Below are positions 29,045 to 38,475 of a stretch of DNA of 64,000 nt, in pieces. The position numbers and the translations under genes were made by a program. The notes below the pieces were generated by a model that saw nothing but the letters and a program-made list of their open reading frames with translations, did no database searches and was not told where the DNA came from. The stretch is from Planctomycetota bacterium (GTDB taxonomy: Bacteria > Planctomycetota > UBA8108 > SXIK01): positions 5,504,001 to 5,568,000 of the forward strand of contig CBDCXR010000004.1 in the NCBI GenBank assembly GCA_965223845.1. The letters are read 5' to 3'. Numbering within the stretch: position 1 is the stretch's first letter; each line of letters begins with the position of its first letter.

Positions 29045-29835
29045 ACCGCCACCGGCGCCTTGATGTGAGGATGGGGGTCGTACCCCCGGACGCGAATGTG
29101 CTCGAAGCGGAACTCTTCGATGGCCGAGACGTTCGGAGCGAGCTCGAGATCGGGGAGTGCGCGTGGATCCCGTGAGAGCTGCTCGCGTGCCTGTTCAAAG
29201 TGGTTCTTGTAGAGGTGGGCGTCGCCGAGAGTGTGGATGAACTCACCCGGCGCGAGTCCCGTCACCTGCGCCACGAGATGTGTGAGGAGCGCGTAGGACG
29301 CGATATTGAACGGGACTCCAAGAAACACATCGGCACTTCGCTGATAAAGCTGGCAGGACAGCTTTCCTTCGGCGACGTAGAACTGAAAAAGAAGATGGCA
29401 GGGAGGGAGTGCCATCCGCTTGAGATCGCCGACATTCCACGCGCTCACGATCAAACGCCGCGAGCTCGGGTTTGAACGAATCGCACCGATCACTTCGGCG
29501 AGCTGGTCGATGGTCTCTCCCCCCGGCGCCGTCCACGATCGCCACTGGTGCCCGTAGACGGGTCCGAGATTCCCCTCCTCATCCGCCCACTCGTCCCAGA
29601 TCGAGACGCCGTTCTCCTTCAGGTAGGACGTGTTCGTGTCGCCTCGCACGAACCAGAGCAGCTCGTGGATGATCGACTTCAGATGGAGCTTCTTCGTCGT
29701 GACGAGAGGAAACCCCGCCGCGAGGTCGAACCGCATCTGGTGACCGAACACGCTGCGGGTGCCGGTGCCGGTTCGGTCGTCGCGATCGATGCCGCGGTCG
29801 AGAATGTGCTGGAGGAGGTCGAGGTACTGGCGCAT
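29041..29835 (-). CDS. thyA: thymidylate synthase
   Basis: [41 protein letters not shown]; 264 aa. Confidence 0.98.
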   Translation of the reverse strand: MRQYLDLLQHILDRGIDRDDRTGTGTRSVFGHQMRFDLAAGFPLVTTKKLHLKSIIHELLWFVRGDTNTSYLKENGVSIWDEWADEEGNLGPVYGHQWRSWTAPGGETIDQLAEVIGAIRSNPSSRRLIVSAWNVGDLKRMALPPCHLLFQFYVAEGKLSCQLYQRSADVFLGVPFNIASYALLTHLVAQVTGLAPGEFIHTLGDAHLYKNHFEQAREQLSRDPRALPDLELAPNVSAIEEFRFEHIRVRGYDPHPHIKAPVAV

Positions 29836-29926
29836 CGAGTACGAGTTTGGAGAGTGGCAGAGCGAAAATCGAAATCGAGCGTCGGCGCTCGGCGATTCGC
29901 GAGAGATCGGATGGTTCTATCGGCGT

Positions 29927-30610
29927 TCAGTCGTCCCCGCCGCTCGAGCTGGACTTCACCGCGCGAAAGGGGTGCACCCAGTTCGCGAAGGTCTGCGGAC
30001 TGTGCGACTGAACCCAGATCGTACCGCGTCCCGTGAACTCGATCAGGATCTGATCCGCGAACAGGAACGATCGAATCCTCCGGGCCTTGCGGAGACGGTA
30101 CTCGAGCTGGGGCTCCCAGGCGACCGCGTAGCCGTTGTCGACAACGTAGGATCCGTCGATCGCGACCGCTTCGATGTCCCCGTAGGAAGCGAAGAAGAGA
30201 TCTCCGCGCCCCGAGGCGCGGAGGATGAAAAGCCCTTCGTTGAAGAAGCCACGGAGCCCGTCGAACTTCGCGTCGCAGTTGACACCCTCGCTCGACGCGA
30301 GGTACGCGCCTTTCTGAAGGAAGAGATGCTCGTCATCGAGTACGTGGTGGCGGATGTCACCCGCGACCGGCGGGGCGAGCCAGACCGAGCCCGGCCCGGT
30401 ATCCGCGGTAAAGCGATTCTGAAAAAAGCTCTGCCCGCCGAGCAGCTTTCGCTTCACTCCGGTGAAAACACCCCCGCGCGCACTCGTCTTCGTTGTTACG
30501 GTCTCATCCATCCATGCCATCGCGCCGGATTCGCCGACGATGGTCTCGCCGACCTCGAGCTGGGCTTCGAGGACGCTGTAGCTCGGACGAGATTCAATTT
30601 CAAACTTCAC
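29927..30610 (-). CDS. TIGR00266 / AIM24 family protein
   Basis: GETIVGESGAM, GGQSFFQN, FASYG, VVDNGYAVAW, GRGTIWVQS. Confidence 0.9.
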   Translation of the reverse strand: MKFEIESRPSYSVLEAQLEVGETIVGESGAMAWMDETVTTKTSARGGVFTGVKRKLLGGQSFFQNRFTADTGPGSVWLAPPVAGDIRHHVLDDEHLFLQKGAYLASSEGVNCDAKFDGLRGFFNEGLFILRASGRGDLFFASYGDIEAVAIDGSYVVDNGYAVAWEPQLEYRLRKARRIRSFLFADQILIEFTGRGTIWVQSHSPQTFANWVHPFRAVKSSSSGGDD

Positions 30611-30682
30611 TTCGGACTCCGTGTCCGTCTCAGGCAGCGATCGAGCGGGATCGATCGAAATGAACCATCGAACGGCGCGAAC

Positions 30683-31369
30683 TCAAGCTTCGCGCGGCGG
30701 CAGGCGAGCGCCGATTCCCTTCCCGTACTCGTTCGGATTGTGCGACTGGACGTAGATCTTCCCGCGCCCTTCGAACTCGAGCACAATTCCCTCCCCGGCG
30801 AGCCAGGACTGAAGCCACGAACCGCCGGCCTTCGTCACGCGGTAGCTCAGACCTTCGCTGAAGGCGACGACGTGTCCCGTGTCGACCGTGAGACCTCCGT
30901 CGACATCCACCTCCTCGAGCCGCCCGAAGGCCGAGACGAGCAGCGTCCCCGTGCCGCTCGCGGCTAGGAAGAATATGCTCTCGCCGGTGAACATCCCCTT
31001 GAGACCTTGAAACTGCGTGTCGATCGCGAGCTCGGGGCTCGAGCCGAGGTACGATCCTCCGGCGCAAAGCCAGCGCTCGCTTCCGTCGAGCTCGATCGCG
31101 CGGACATCGCCCTGGAGCACGGCGGCGAGACCGACCTCACCCGGCGCATCTTCGGCGGAGTACCGCGAGAAGAAAAAATTGTCGCCGCTGAAGAGCCGCT
31201 TGATTCCCGCGAGGATGCCACCGCGCCCGCGAGTTTTCGTCGTCACATCGATGTCGATCGACGGGGAGGCGCGAAACATCGCACCCGATTCCGAGATGAA
31301 CTCCTCGCCCGCCTCGAGCGCCACGAGGGCATGACTGAAAGCGCCTTGCGATCTGACGTCGATTCTCAT
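30683..31369 (-). CDS. TIGR00266 / AIM24 family protein
   Basis: ESGAMF, GDNFFFS, SAFG, VDTGHVVAF, GEGIV...GRGKIYVQSHN. Confidence 0.9.
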   Translation of the reverse strand: MRIDVRSQGAFSHALVALEAGEEFISESGAMFRASPSIDIDVTTKTRGRGGILAGIKRLFSGDNFFFSRYSAEDAPGEVGLAAVLQGDVRAIELDGSERWLCAGGSYLGSSPELAIDTQFQGLKGMFTGESIFFLAASGTGTLLVSAFGRLEEVDVDGGLTVDTGHVVAFSEGLSYRVTKAGGSWLQSWLAGEGIVLEFEGRGKIYVQSHNPNEYGKGIGARLPPREA

Positions 31370-31391
31370 TCGAACGCGATTTGCCGCTCGT

Positions 31392-32048
31392 CTACGAAAG
31401 GAACGGAAGTACCCAGTTGCCGAGGGCGGGAAGGGTTCGCGTCTGAAGCCAGATCTTCCCCGTTCCGCTGAATCTCATCGTGAGGCCCTCGCCCGAAAAA
31501 AGCGTCGATTTCACGCCGCCCATACCGCCGATGCGGTATTCGAGCGTCTCCTCCCACGCGACGACGTGTCCGGTGTCGACGACGAGACCGCCGCTGATGT
31601 CCCGCTCTACGATCGCGCCGAAGCTCGTGAAGAAGAGATCACCCGTTCCGGTCGCGCGCAGGAGGAACGCGCCCTCGCCCGAGAAGAATCCGCGCAAACC
31701 GGCGAAGCGCGTCGACAACTCGATTCCTGGGGAGCACGCGAGAAACGTGCCGCGCGTCAGGTAGAGCATCTCGCCGTCCATCCTCCGGTGCTGTACGGAG
31801 CCCGGGGTAGGCGGCGAGAGACCGACGCGACCGCCACTCGGGTGCGAGTACTCGCCGACGAGGAGGCTCTCACGCGCGAGCATTTTGCGGAACACGGATC
31901 GGACCAATCCGCCGAGCATCCGCGATCGAACCTTCATCCCCGAGTCCATGTAGCTCATGGCGCCCGATTCGGCGACAAAGGTGTCGCCGGGCGCGAGGTC
32001 GACGTGGAGATGACCGTAGTCCGGATTCCCGCGAATTTCGAACTCCAC
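31392..32048 (-). CDS. TIGR00266 / AIM24 family protein
   Basis: AESGAMSYM, GFFSGEG, TSFG, VDTGHVVAW, FSGTGKIWLQTR. Confidence 0.9.
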   Translation of the reverse strand: MEFEIRGNPDYGHLHVDLAPGDTFVAESGAMSYMDSGMKVRSRMLGGLVRSVFRKMLARESLLVGEYSHPSGGRVGLSPPTPGSVQHRRMDGEMLYLTRGTFLACSPGIELSTRFAGLRGFFSGEGAFLLRATGTGDLFFTSFGAIVERDISGGLVVDTGHVVAWEETLEYRIGGMGGVKSTLFSGEGLTMRFSGTGKIWLQTRTLPALGNWVLPFLS

Positions 32049-32099
32049 TCCCGAGCTCCTCCGGTTCGATCCGCGTGCAGCGAGAGGACGACGGCCGCG

Positions 32100-32128
32100 A
32101 GTCTACGGCGGGCCGTCGCGGAGATCAA
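32100..32128 (-). promoter_or_regulatory. sigma70-like promoter of the AIM24 operon
   Basis: Minus strand TTGATC (32128-32123), N17, TAGACT (32105-32100), about 50 nt above the start codon, with RBS AGGAG. Confidence 0.55.
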
Positions 32129-32393
32129 CGCGCGGACCAGCCGGTCACCGCGCGCTAGCGAAATCGCTGCGGCGAGTTGCGATCCGGAGAGGGACCATCT
32201 CGTCTTCGTTCCAAGCGCCACACCCCGAACTTCATCTCCCCCGGACGAGCGCCGAACCGAGACGAGGACCGGGCGTAGACTAGCCGCGGCGGCCCGCTCG
32301 CAGCACCGGCTCCGATTCACTACAATCCCGAAGCCGTTCGCGCGACGCTTGCGAACGGATCGCGCCCGGAGAATCCGCAGCGAGAGAGCGGTC

Positions 32394-34583
32394 ATGTCGG
32401 TCGAACAGGAGAATCTCCCACTTCGGGATGCGGATGCGGACGCGGTCTCGGCGAGCGCCGCGGAACCGCGGAGCGCGGCGGTGCGGGAGGCGTTCGCTCG
32501 GGCGCGCCACGTCGCGATCGTGCGGCTCGGGAGCATCGGCGATGTCGTCGCGACCGTCCCGCTCGCCTGGTACCTCCGCGACGTGCTCGCGTCGGGGACG
32601 AGGCTCTCGTGGATCGTTCACTCCGCCTCAGCCTCGCTTCTTCACGGCCTCGGCGCACTCGACGACGTGATCGAGCTTCCCAAGGGCTCGGTCCTGCGCT
32701 CGATCCCGCGCTGGCGTCGCGCGCTCGCAGACCGCGGCATCGATTGCACCCTGGACGTTCACGGCAACCTGAAGAGCGGGATCGTCAGCCGCCTCACCGG
32801 CGCCTCGCGGCGCATCGGGTTCCATCGCCGCGACTGCCGCGAACATTGGAACCCGCTGTTTACGACCGACAAGCTGCCCCCGCTGCCGTCGCCAAACAAG
32901 ACCAGGCGAGCGAACGCGATCGCCGGTCTCCTCGGCATCGCGGCCCCAAGCCCGCGATTCGATCTTCACTTTTCGGCTGAAGAGCGCGAGCGAGCGGCGC
33001 GAATCGTGCGCGAACTCGCTCCGAACGAAGAGTCGATCGCCGCGCTTCAACTCGGCCGCGCCGAAGACGTTCGCAGCTGGCCGATCGAGAACTACGCGGC
33101 GCTCGCGGAACGGCTCCTCGCGTCGAGACGGCGCGTCCTCGTTCTCGGCGGCCCTCCCGAGGTAGAGACCGGACGCCGCGTGCGCGAGCGTCTCGGCGAC
33201 CGTCCGGGGCTCTCCTACGAGATCAACTCGCTCAGTCTCCGCGAAGTCGGCGCCGTGTTCGAGACGATCGCGGAGCGAACGCAAGATCGAGGAGCTTACG
33301 TGGGCGGCGATTCCGGATGCCTCCACATCGCCGCCGCGTGCGGTCTACAGACGACGGGCCTCTTCGGGCCGCAAGATCCCGATCGGACGGCTCCCATCGG
33401 CGAGCACGTCACGTCGATCATCCATCGAGACGCGGCGCCGTGCATCCCGTGTGCGCGCCGGGAGTGCGCGCACTCCACCTGGCGGTACTGCATGGAGGAG
33501 ATCTCGCCGGAGGAGGTCGAGCGCGCGGTGAACGGTACTCTTCGCACGCCGAAGGACGACGGGACGAAGACGCGCGGAGCTCGCGCCGCGGCCCGCACAC
33601 CGTCCGCTCGGCGGACGCCGATCGTCACCCTAAGCGTACTCGCCGTCGCGATCGCCGTCGCCGTCGTCCGCTGGATCGTCGGCGTCTTCGTCGCGGGACC
33701 CGCAACGAGTGCTCCGTCTTCGTTCCCCGGGCTCCTGAGTCTCGTGCCCGCGGAGAAGCTTCCGGGCGGAATCGAGGCCTTCGTCACGGCGATCGCGGCG
33801 GGCGTCGCTCTCCTTCCCGCCGCGGCGATCGCGCAGCGACTCGGTACGCCCGCGACCGGGATCCTCACGGCGATCGCGCTCGGTGCCTCGGCTCTCGTGC
33901 TCGATCCGGCCGCGCTCGGCCTCTCCTCCTTCGTCCTCACTGCCCTCGTCCACACCACGCTCTTCCTCTACGTCGCGTCCGATCTCAAAGGCGCAACGAG
34001 CAGACGAACGCGCTTCGCATCGGTGGCGACGGCACTCGGCGCTTTCGCCGTCGGTGGCGCCCCGGGTCTACTCGTACCCGCGCTCGGCGTCATCGCGTTT
34101 CGGTGCGCCGAGAAAGACGTCCGGAGGCTCTTTCGTCCGCGGGCACTCGCGGTCGCCGCGGGAACGATCGCCGCGGCGGCGGGAATCACTGCTGGTCTGT
34201 ACGCTCTCGCGCGCGCACGCGGAATGGACGCGAGCTGGCTCGACGCGCTCACGCCGATCACCTGGCGCCGCGACGATGTCCAGTCGCCGCCGTGGCAGTA
34301 CGCCGTGTGGATCGCGCGCTTCGGGCTTCCGTTCGTCGTCTTCGCACCGTTCGCGCTCGTCGCCCACCTGCGCAACCGCCGATATCGCGAAGACCTCGGC
34401 TTCGCCGACCGACAATGGCGTTTCCCGAAAGCGGTGTTTCTCGCCGGCTTTGTACTTCTCAGTTTGTTGCCGGTGAAATCCATGGCGATCGTTGCGGCGC
34501 TCGCGCCGTCGCTCGCCATTCTCGTCGCGGCCTGGATCGAGTTTGTGTGGCGGCGCAGGTTTCCGAACTACATTCCGAAATAG
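32394..34583 (+). CDS. glycosyltransferase family 9 (heptosyltransferase-like) fused to a degenerate ArnT/GT-C-like membrane domain
   Basis: GT9 motifs IVRLGSIGDVV, DVHGNLKS, GGDSGCLHIAAACG...LFGP and CIPC...C. The C-terminal ~320 aa are multi-TM with PPWQY and LAPSLAILVA. Start set at ATG 32394. Confidence 0.8.
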   Translation: MSVEQENLPLRDADADAVSASAAEPRSAAVREAFARARHVAIVRLGSIGDVVATVPLAWYLRDVLASGTRLSWIVHSASASLLHGLGALDDVIELPKGSVLRSIPRWRRALADRGIDCTLDVHGNLKSGIVSRLTGASRRIGFHRRDCREHWNPLFTTDKLPPLPSPNKTRRANAIAGLLGIAAPSPRFDLHFSAEERERAARIVRELAPNEESIAALQLGRAEDVRSWPIENYAALAERLLASRRRVLVLGGPPEVETGRRVRERLGDRPGLSYEINSLSLREVGAVFETIAERTQDRGAYVGGDSGCLHIAAACGLQTTGLFGPQDPDRTAPIGEHVTSIIHRDAAPCIPCARRECAHSTWRYCMEEISPEEVERAVNGTLRTPKDDGTKTRGARAAARTPSARRTPIVTLSVLAVAIAVAVVRWIVGVFVAGPATSAPSSFPGLLSLVPAEKLPGGIEAFVTAIAAGVALLPAAAIAQRLGTPATGILTAIALGASALVLDPAALGLSSFVLTALVHTTLFLYVASDLKGATSRRTRFASVATALGAFAVGGAPGLLVPALGVIAFRCAEKDVRRLFRPRALAVAAGTIAAAAGITAGLYALARARGMDASWLDALTPITWRRDDVQSPPWQYAVWIARFGLPFVVFAPFALVAHLRNRRYREDLGFADRQWRFPKAVFLAGFVLLSLLPVKSMAIVAALAPSLAILVAAWIEFVWRRRFPNYIPK

Positions 34584-34601
34584 CGGCCTCGGAAACGAAT
34601 G

Positions 34602-34631
34602 TGAAGATCTTCTCAGATCCTCACCGATACT
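34602..34631 (+). promoter_or_regulatory. putative alternative-sigma promoter, copy 1
   Basis: TGAAGATC-N12-CACCGATACT. Both boxes and the spacing recur at 34751-34780 while the spacer sequence differs. Confidence 0.55.
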
Positions 34632-34636
34632 TAGGT

Positions 34637-34689
34637 TCCCCCCACACTGCTCGGGACTCTCACCGCCGGTGAGAGTCCCGTCTTTTTTT
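34637..34689 (+). ncRNA. putative small RNA, copy 1 (C-rich 5' segment plus intrinsic terminator)
   Basis: TCCCCCCACACTGCT, then a 13-bp stem CGGGACTCTCACC/GGTGAGAGTCCCG, then TCTTTTTTT. Confidence 0.55.
34652..34689 (+). terminator. Rho-independent terminator 1
   Basis: Perfect 13-bp stem, GCC loop, U-tract. Confidence 0.85.
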
Positions 34690-34750
34690 GCCTCACCTCC
34701 TCCGGTGAGAACGCGACCGCCACTCCGATTCGGAACTCGCGCCGCGAAGT

Positions 34751-34780
34751 TGAAGATCCGTATGCGCGAACACCGATACT
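34751..34780 (+). promoter_or_regulatory. putative alternative-sigma promoter, copy 2
   Basis: TGAAGATC-N12-CACCGATACT. Confidence 0.55.
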
Positions 34781-34785
34781 AAGAA

Positions 34786-34843
34786 TCCCCCCCACAACTG
34801 CTCGGGACTCCCGCCGCTCGGTGAGAGTCCCGTTTTTTTTTTT
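34786..34843 (+). ncRNA. putative small RNA, copy 2
   Basis: TCCCCCCCACAACTGCT, then stem CGGGACTCCCGCC/GGTGAGAGTCCCG, then T11. Confidence 0.55.
34803..34843 (+). terminator. Rho-independent terminator 2
   Basis: 13-position stem with one mismatch and one G-U pair, GCTC loop, 11 T. Confidence 0.85.
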
Positions 34844-35009
34844 GCGCTCTCGCGGATCTTGTTCCGATTCTCCTCGATCGCGACCCTCCACGGTGGCATT
34901 CGCCGACCGTCGTCGATATCGGCTTCCCCAAGACCGTTCGAGTCTCTCGCCGGCGGGCGTCCGATTCGATGGGAAAGCGAGGAGCCTTGCCGAAGCGGAT
35001 TCGCGGCCC

Positions 35010-36293
35010 TCAGTCGCCCGCGGCGGCTTCCTTCTTCCCGCCCACGGAGATGAGATGCGAGACGGTCCGAAGATAGAGACGTCCCGAGGCGACGGCGGGT
35101 GTCGCACGGCTCAGCTCACCGACATCGTTCTGCGCGACGATCTTGAACTCGTCCGCCGTCGCCGACACGACGAAGAGCTCGCCTTCGTGACTCATGGCGT
35201 AGAGATTCCCTTGGATCCAAATCGGTGAACCGGTGAACGCGCCGGTGACTCGGCCCCGCCACTTCTCGTCACCCGTGGCCGCGTCGATGCAGGCGACGAC
35301 CCCCTTGTCGCTCCAGAGAAAGAGACGGCCGTCCTTGTAGAGAGACGTAGGAACGTAGGGGATGGACTGGCGGCGGATGTAGGCAACGTGCGATTCGGTG
35401 ACGTCGCCCTTCCCGCCCGCGCGAACGGCGACGAGGTAGTTGCCGCCGCCGCCGGATCCGCAGGTGCCGAAAACGAGACCCGCGCCGAATGTCGGCGATG
35501 AGACCGAACGCTTGTCGAATACGTTCGCGCCCCAGTTGACCGTTCCGGTCTTCGGGTCGAGGCTGCACACGCCGTTCGCTCCGCTCGTCACGAGCAGCTC
35601 CGGTCCGGACTCTCCGTCGTAGACGCACGGAGTGCCGTACGCGGTTCGCCGGCTGGGCCGAGGCGTTTTCCACCGGACGTCACCCGAGATTCGATCGAGC
35701 GCGATCACGTGGCTCTCGCGCTCGAGCTGCTCGTAGCCGATAACGACGAGATCCTTGTAGAGCATCGGCGACGAGCCAAAGCCGTGCTGACTCTCGAAGC
35801 GGCCGAGATCGGTATTCCACTTTCGCGTACCGGAGTGGTCGAAGGCAGCGAGATACGCCGTCTTCTCTTTGCAGAACGACACGTAGACGAAGTCCGCATC
35901 GACCGCGGGCGTGCTCGAGGCGTAGCTGCTCCAGCGATGGTTCCGGTACTCCCCGCCTTCGAGCTCTTTCGTCCAGACGATGTCTCCGCGCTTCGTCTCG
36001 AGACAGAGAACGAGCCGATTCGCGCCATCTTTCGGCGCGGTCGTCAGGAAGATCTTCTCTCCCCAAACCACCGGCGAGGAGTGCCCTTCGCCCGGAAGCT
36101 CGACGCGCCAGTTGTAGTCGCTCGCGGTGAACTCGACCGGAATGCCTTCGGCGGGACTGATCCCGGTACCGTTCGGCCCCCGAAATCGAGTCCACTCCTG
36201 CGCGCGTGCAGCGGAGGAAGCGAAGAGCAACGCAACGAGAGCGGCCACGGACGGGATAGCGGCGATGGCCTCGCCGCGCTTCGGAAGATTCAT
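35010..36293 (-). CDS. PQQ-binding-like beta-propeller protein (planctomycete type)
   Basis: Signal peptide, then QEWTRFRGPNGTG, GHSSPVVWG, YASSTP, HGFGSSP and ATPAVASGRLYLRT. Confidence 0.9.
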   Translation of the reverse strand: MNLPKRGEAIAAIPSVAALVALLFASSAARAQEWTRFRGPNGTGISPAEGIPVEFTASDYNWRVELPGEGHSSPVVWGEKIFLTTAPKDGANRLVLCLETKRGDIVWTKELEGGEYRNHRWSSYASSTPAVDADFVYVSFCKEKTAYLAAFDHSGTRKWNTDLGRFESQHGFGSSPMLYKDLVVIGYEQLERESHVIALDRISGDVRWKTPRPSRRTAYGTPCVYDGESGPELLVTSGANGVCSLDPKTGTVNWGANVFDKRSVSSPTFGAGLVFGTCGSGGGGNYLVAVRAGGKGDVTESHVAYIRRQSIPYVPTSLYKDGRLFLWSDKGVVACIDAATGDEKWRGRVTGAFTGSPIWIQGNLYAMSHEGELFVVSATADEFKIVAQNDVGELSRATPAVASGRLYLRTVSHLISVGGKKEAAAGD

Positions 36294-36438
36294 GCTGTGA
36301 GCCTCGGGGAAGATTCGCAGGGGATCGACGCGCCGCGAGCCACGACGCGGCGACACTCATTCTCCGCGAGCCTGACGCGGGCGGTCAACGACTGTCCACG
36401 CCGCAACGAGCTCGTCGCGAGCCGCCCGGAGGCGGGGC

Positions 36439-38268
36439 TCAACGCTCGCGGAGTCGCTTCGCGACGGAAGCGTAGATTCGCTGAATCACCCCGGCCTCAG
36501 CGACGCTGGCGAGCTCGGTTTGGTCGAGGATCGCTCGGCGCACGCGCTCGATGCGGCCGAGCTGATCGCGTCCTGCGACCGCGACGATGTGACGGTCGCG
36601 CACCCAGGACCAGGCGTCGGTATAGATGGTGCGCTTCTCGGCCCAGTTGTCGAGCACGGCGAGAAGATCCTCCGCCGTGAGCGTCCGGTCATCCTCCGCG
36701 AGGAAATCGAGCCGCTGCGCAAACGGTCGCATTCGATCGGCGGCCTCGGCCGAGTCCGAGCGAATGAGCTCCTCGAGCTCCGCCGCGCTCAGATCCAGCT
36801 CGCGTCCGTAGCGGCGGAGATAGCTCTGGATCATCCTTCCCGTCCACTCTTCGCGAGCGGAGTCTTTGAGCTGAATCACGCGCGCGAGCGCGGTCGGGGT
36901 GCAGACCTCGAGCAGCGGCCCGACAACCGCTCGGCGAATCTTCTCGTTCTCGTCGCGGAGAACGGGAGCGAGCGAGGACTCGGCCTCCTCGCCGACGAGG
37001 AGAACTAGCGTCCGCGACGCCGCTGCGACCACACGAACTTCGCCGGTTGTCTCGAGGATGCGTTCGGCCGCGCGACGACCGCGGGCATCGCGGATGAAGC
37101 TGAGGATTTCGAGCACGAGGAGATCGTCTCCCCGTCCCGCGAGCGCGCCGGCGTACCGAAGCACGTGCGGGAGTGCCGGCTCGAAGTCGAGGTACGCGAG
37201 CGCGTAGACGAGTCCGCGGACGAGCGGCGACGTCATATCGCCGTTCCCATCCGCGCGTTCCGCATCCGCCGGCCAGCGCCGCTCGAGCGCGGCGAGGAGA
37301 AGCGGTCCCAGTTCGTCGCTCGCGCGGAGGCCGACGACCCAGCGGAGGAGAAGACTCCACCGGACCGGCTCGTCGACTCCCTCGAGGCGAATCAAGCGAC
37401 CCGGAGGAATCCGCAGGAGCCCGAGAATGGCCGAGCTCGCATCCGCCGCTGCTTCGTGTTCGGACGGAACGGCGCGCAGCACCTCGCGGAGAAGAATGAA
37501 CGCGGAGCCGAGCTCCTCGGGCGCGAACTCGACGAGCTGAAAGAACGTCGCGAGAATCGGGACGGACGAGACGCGATGCTCTTCCCAGAGCGCGCGCGCT
37601 TCGGCGAGCGTCGCGGGGACCGAGACGGTGGGCGGCGGCGCTTCCGGCGGGGCTTCCTCCGGCGGCGGCGCGACGACGGGAGCCGGATCTCCCGACGGAC
37701 GCGACGGGCTCGCGTGATCCTCCGGCTCGTTATCGCGAGGCTGCGGGGCGGGAGGAGGCGCCGCGCCGTCAGCTTCGACCGGCGAGAGAGGTTCGTTTCT
37801 TCGCTGCGAGCCCGTCAGATCCGCCGTGCGATCGATCGAACGGGAGTCGACCGGAGGCGGTCCACCTCCCGCGCAAGAGAGGAGCGCGACGGAAGAGAGG
37901 ACGATCCCCGCCCAGAGCGAGAATCCGCACCTGAGAACGACCGGCGCTCGACGCGATCGAGACCCGCCCCGGGCAGAGGACGACGAGCCGTCCGAGGGGC
38001 GGCCAGCGCCGCACGGGCGAATCGGAGTCGGCTGCGAGACTCGCTCCGTCGGGCCGAGGCCGGGGGCGTCAGAACCACGCGCAGAGCGAGGACGGGGCGA
38101 TCTCGGGGAGCCGACCGACGGGATCGAGTCGACGAGATGACGATCCAACGAATCCCGCCGAAGCCAGAACGGGGGGTTGAAACAGCCTCGAACAGTCACG
38201 GAAGCGATGCCCCTCAGGTGGCGACCGAATACGATCGAACCGGGCCGATGGCGCGGTCGTACGTCCAT
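36439..38268 (-). CDS. putative lipoprotein with a proline-rich linker and HEAT-like repeats (start uncertain)
   Basis: FSLWAGIVLSSVALLSC lipobox, a P-rich segment, and LAPVLRDENEKIRRAVVGPLLEV (HEAT-like). The nearest in-frame ATG is 38268; the true start may lie further downstream. Confidence 0.55.
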   Translation of the reverse strand: MDVRPRHRPGSIVFGRHLRGIASVTVRGCFNPPFWLRRDSLDRHLVDSIPSVGSPRSPRPRSARGSDAPGLGPTERVSQPTPIRPCGAGRPSDGSSSSARGGSRSRRAPVVLRCGFSLWAGIVLSSVALLSCAGGGPPPVDSRSIDRTADLTGSQRRNEPLSPVEADGAAPPPAPQPRDNEPEDHASPSRPSGDPAPVVAPPPEEAPPEAPPPTVSVPATLAEARALWEEHRVSSVPILATFFQLVEFAPEELGSAFILLREVLRAVPSEHEAAADASSAILGLLRIPPGRLIRLEGVDEPVRWSLLLRWVVGLRASDELGPLLLAALERRWPADAERADGNGDMTSPLVRGLVYALAYLDFEPALPHVLRYAGALAGRGDDLLVLEILSFIRDARGRRAAERILETTGEVRVVAAASRTLVLLVGEEAESSLAPVLRDENEKIRRAVVGPLLEVCTPTALARVIQLKDSAREEWTGRMIQSYLRRYGRELDLSAAELEELIRSDSAEAADRMRPFAQRLDFLAEDDRTLTAEDLLAVLDNWAEKRTIYTDAWSWVRDRHIVAVAGRDQLGRIERVRRAILDQTELASVAEAGVIQRIYASVAKRLRER

Positions 38269-38475
38269 AATAACCCCTTCGGCGCGGCGACGGATGCTTC
38301 GTGCGCTGGATACGACGTTCGGGGAACATCGCGTGCTTCGGCCGCTCGGTTCGGCACTGCGCGCTCGTGCGGAGATTATCACTCGTTCTCCTCGTGGAGA
38401 CGGTCGACCCGTGTCGATGGAAGAGTGGCGCGTCGCCATTCGCCACTCACCTGACGCATTCACTCGGATCCCAGC

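Noticed and set aside
28514-29835. Mobile trimethoprim-resistance dfr cassette
   Set aside because: Ordinary thyA-folA housekeeping pair with no integron or IS features.
31566-32393. N-terminal 276 aa of the 1005-aa ORF, and similarly 38269-39123 of the 894-aa ORF
   Set aside because: These extensions overlap real opposite-strand genes or promoters; the true starts lie downstream.
34602-34843. Mini-CRISPR, tRNA or IS ends
   Set aside because: Only two units, each ending in a U-tract terminator. There is no cloverleaf, target-site duplication or transposase.
34930-34960. GTTCGAGTC T-loop-like motif suggesting a tRNA
   Set aside because: No T-stem, acceptor stem or anticodon arm could be built around it.
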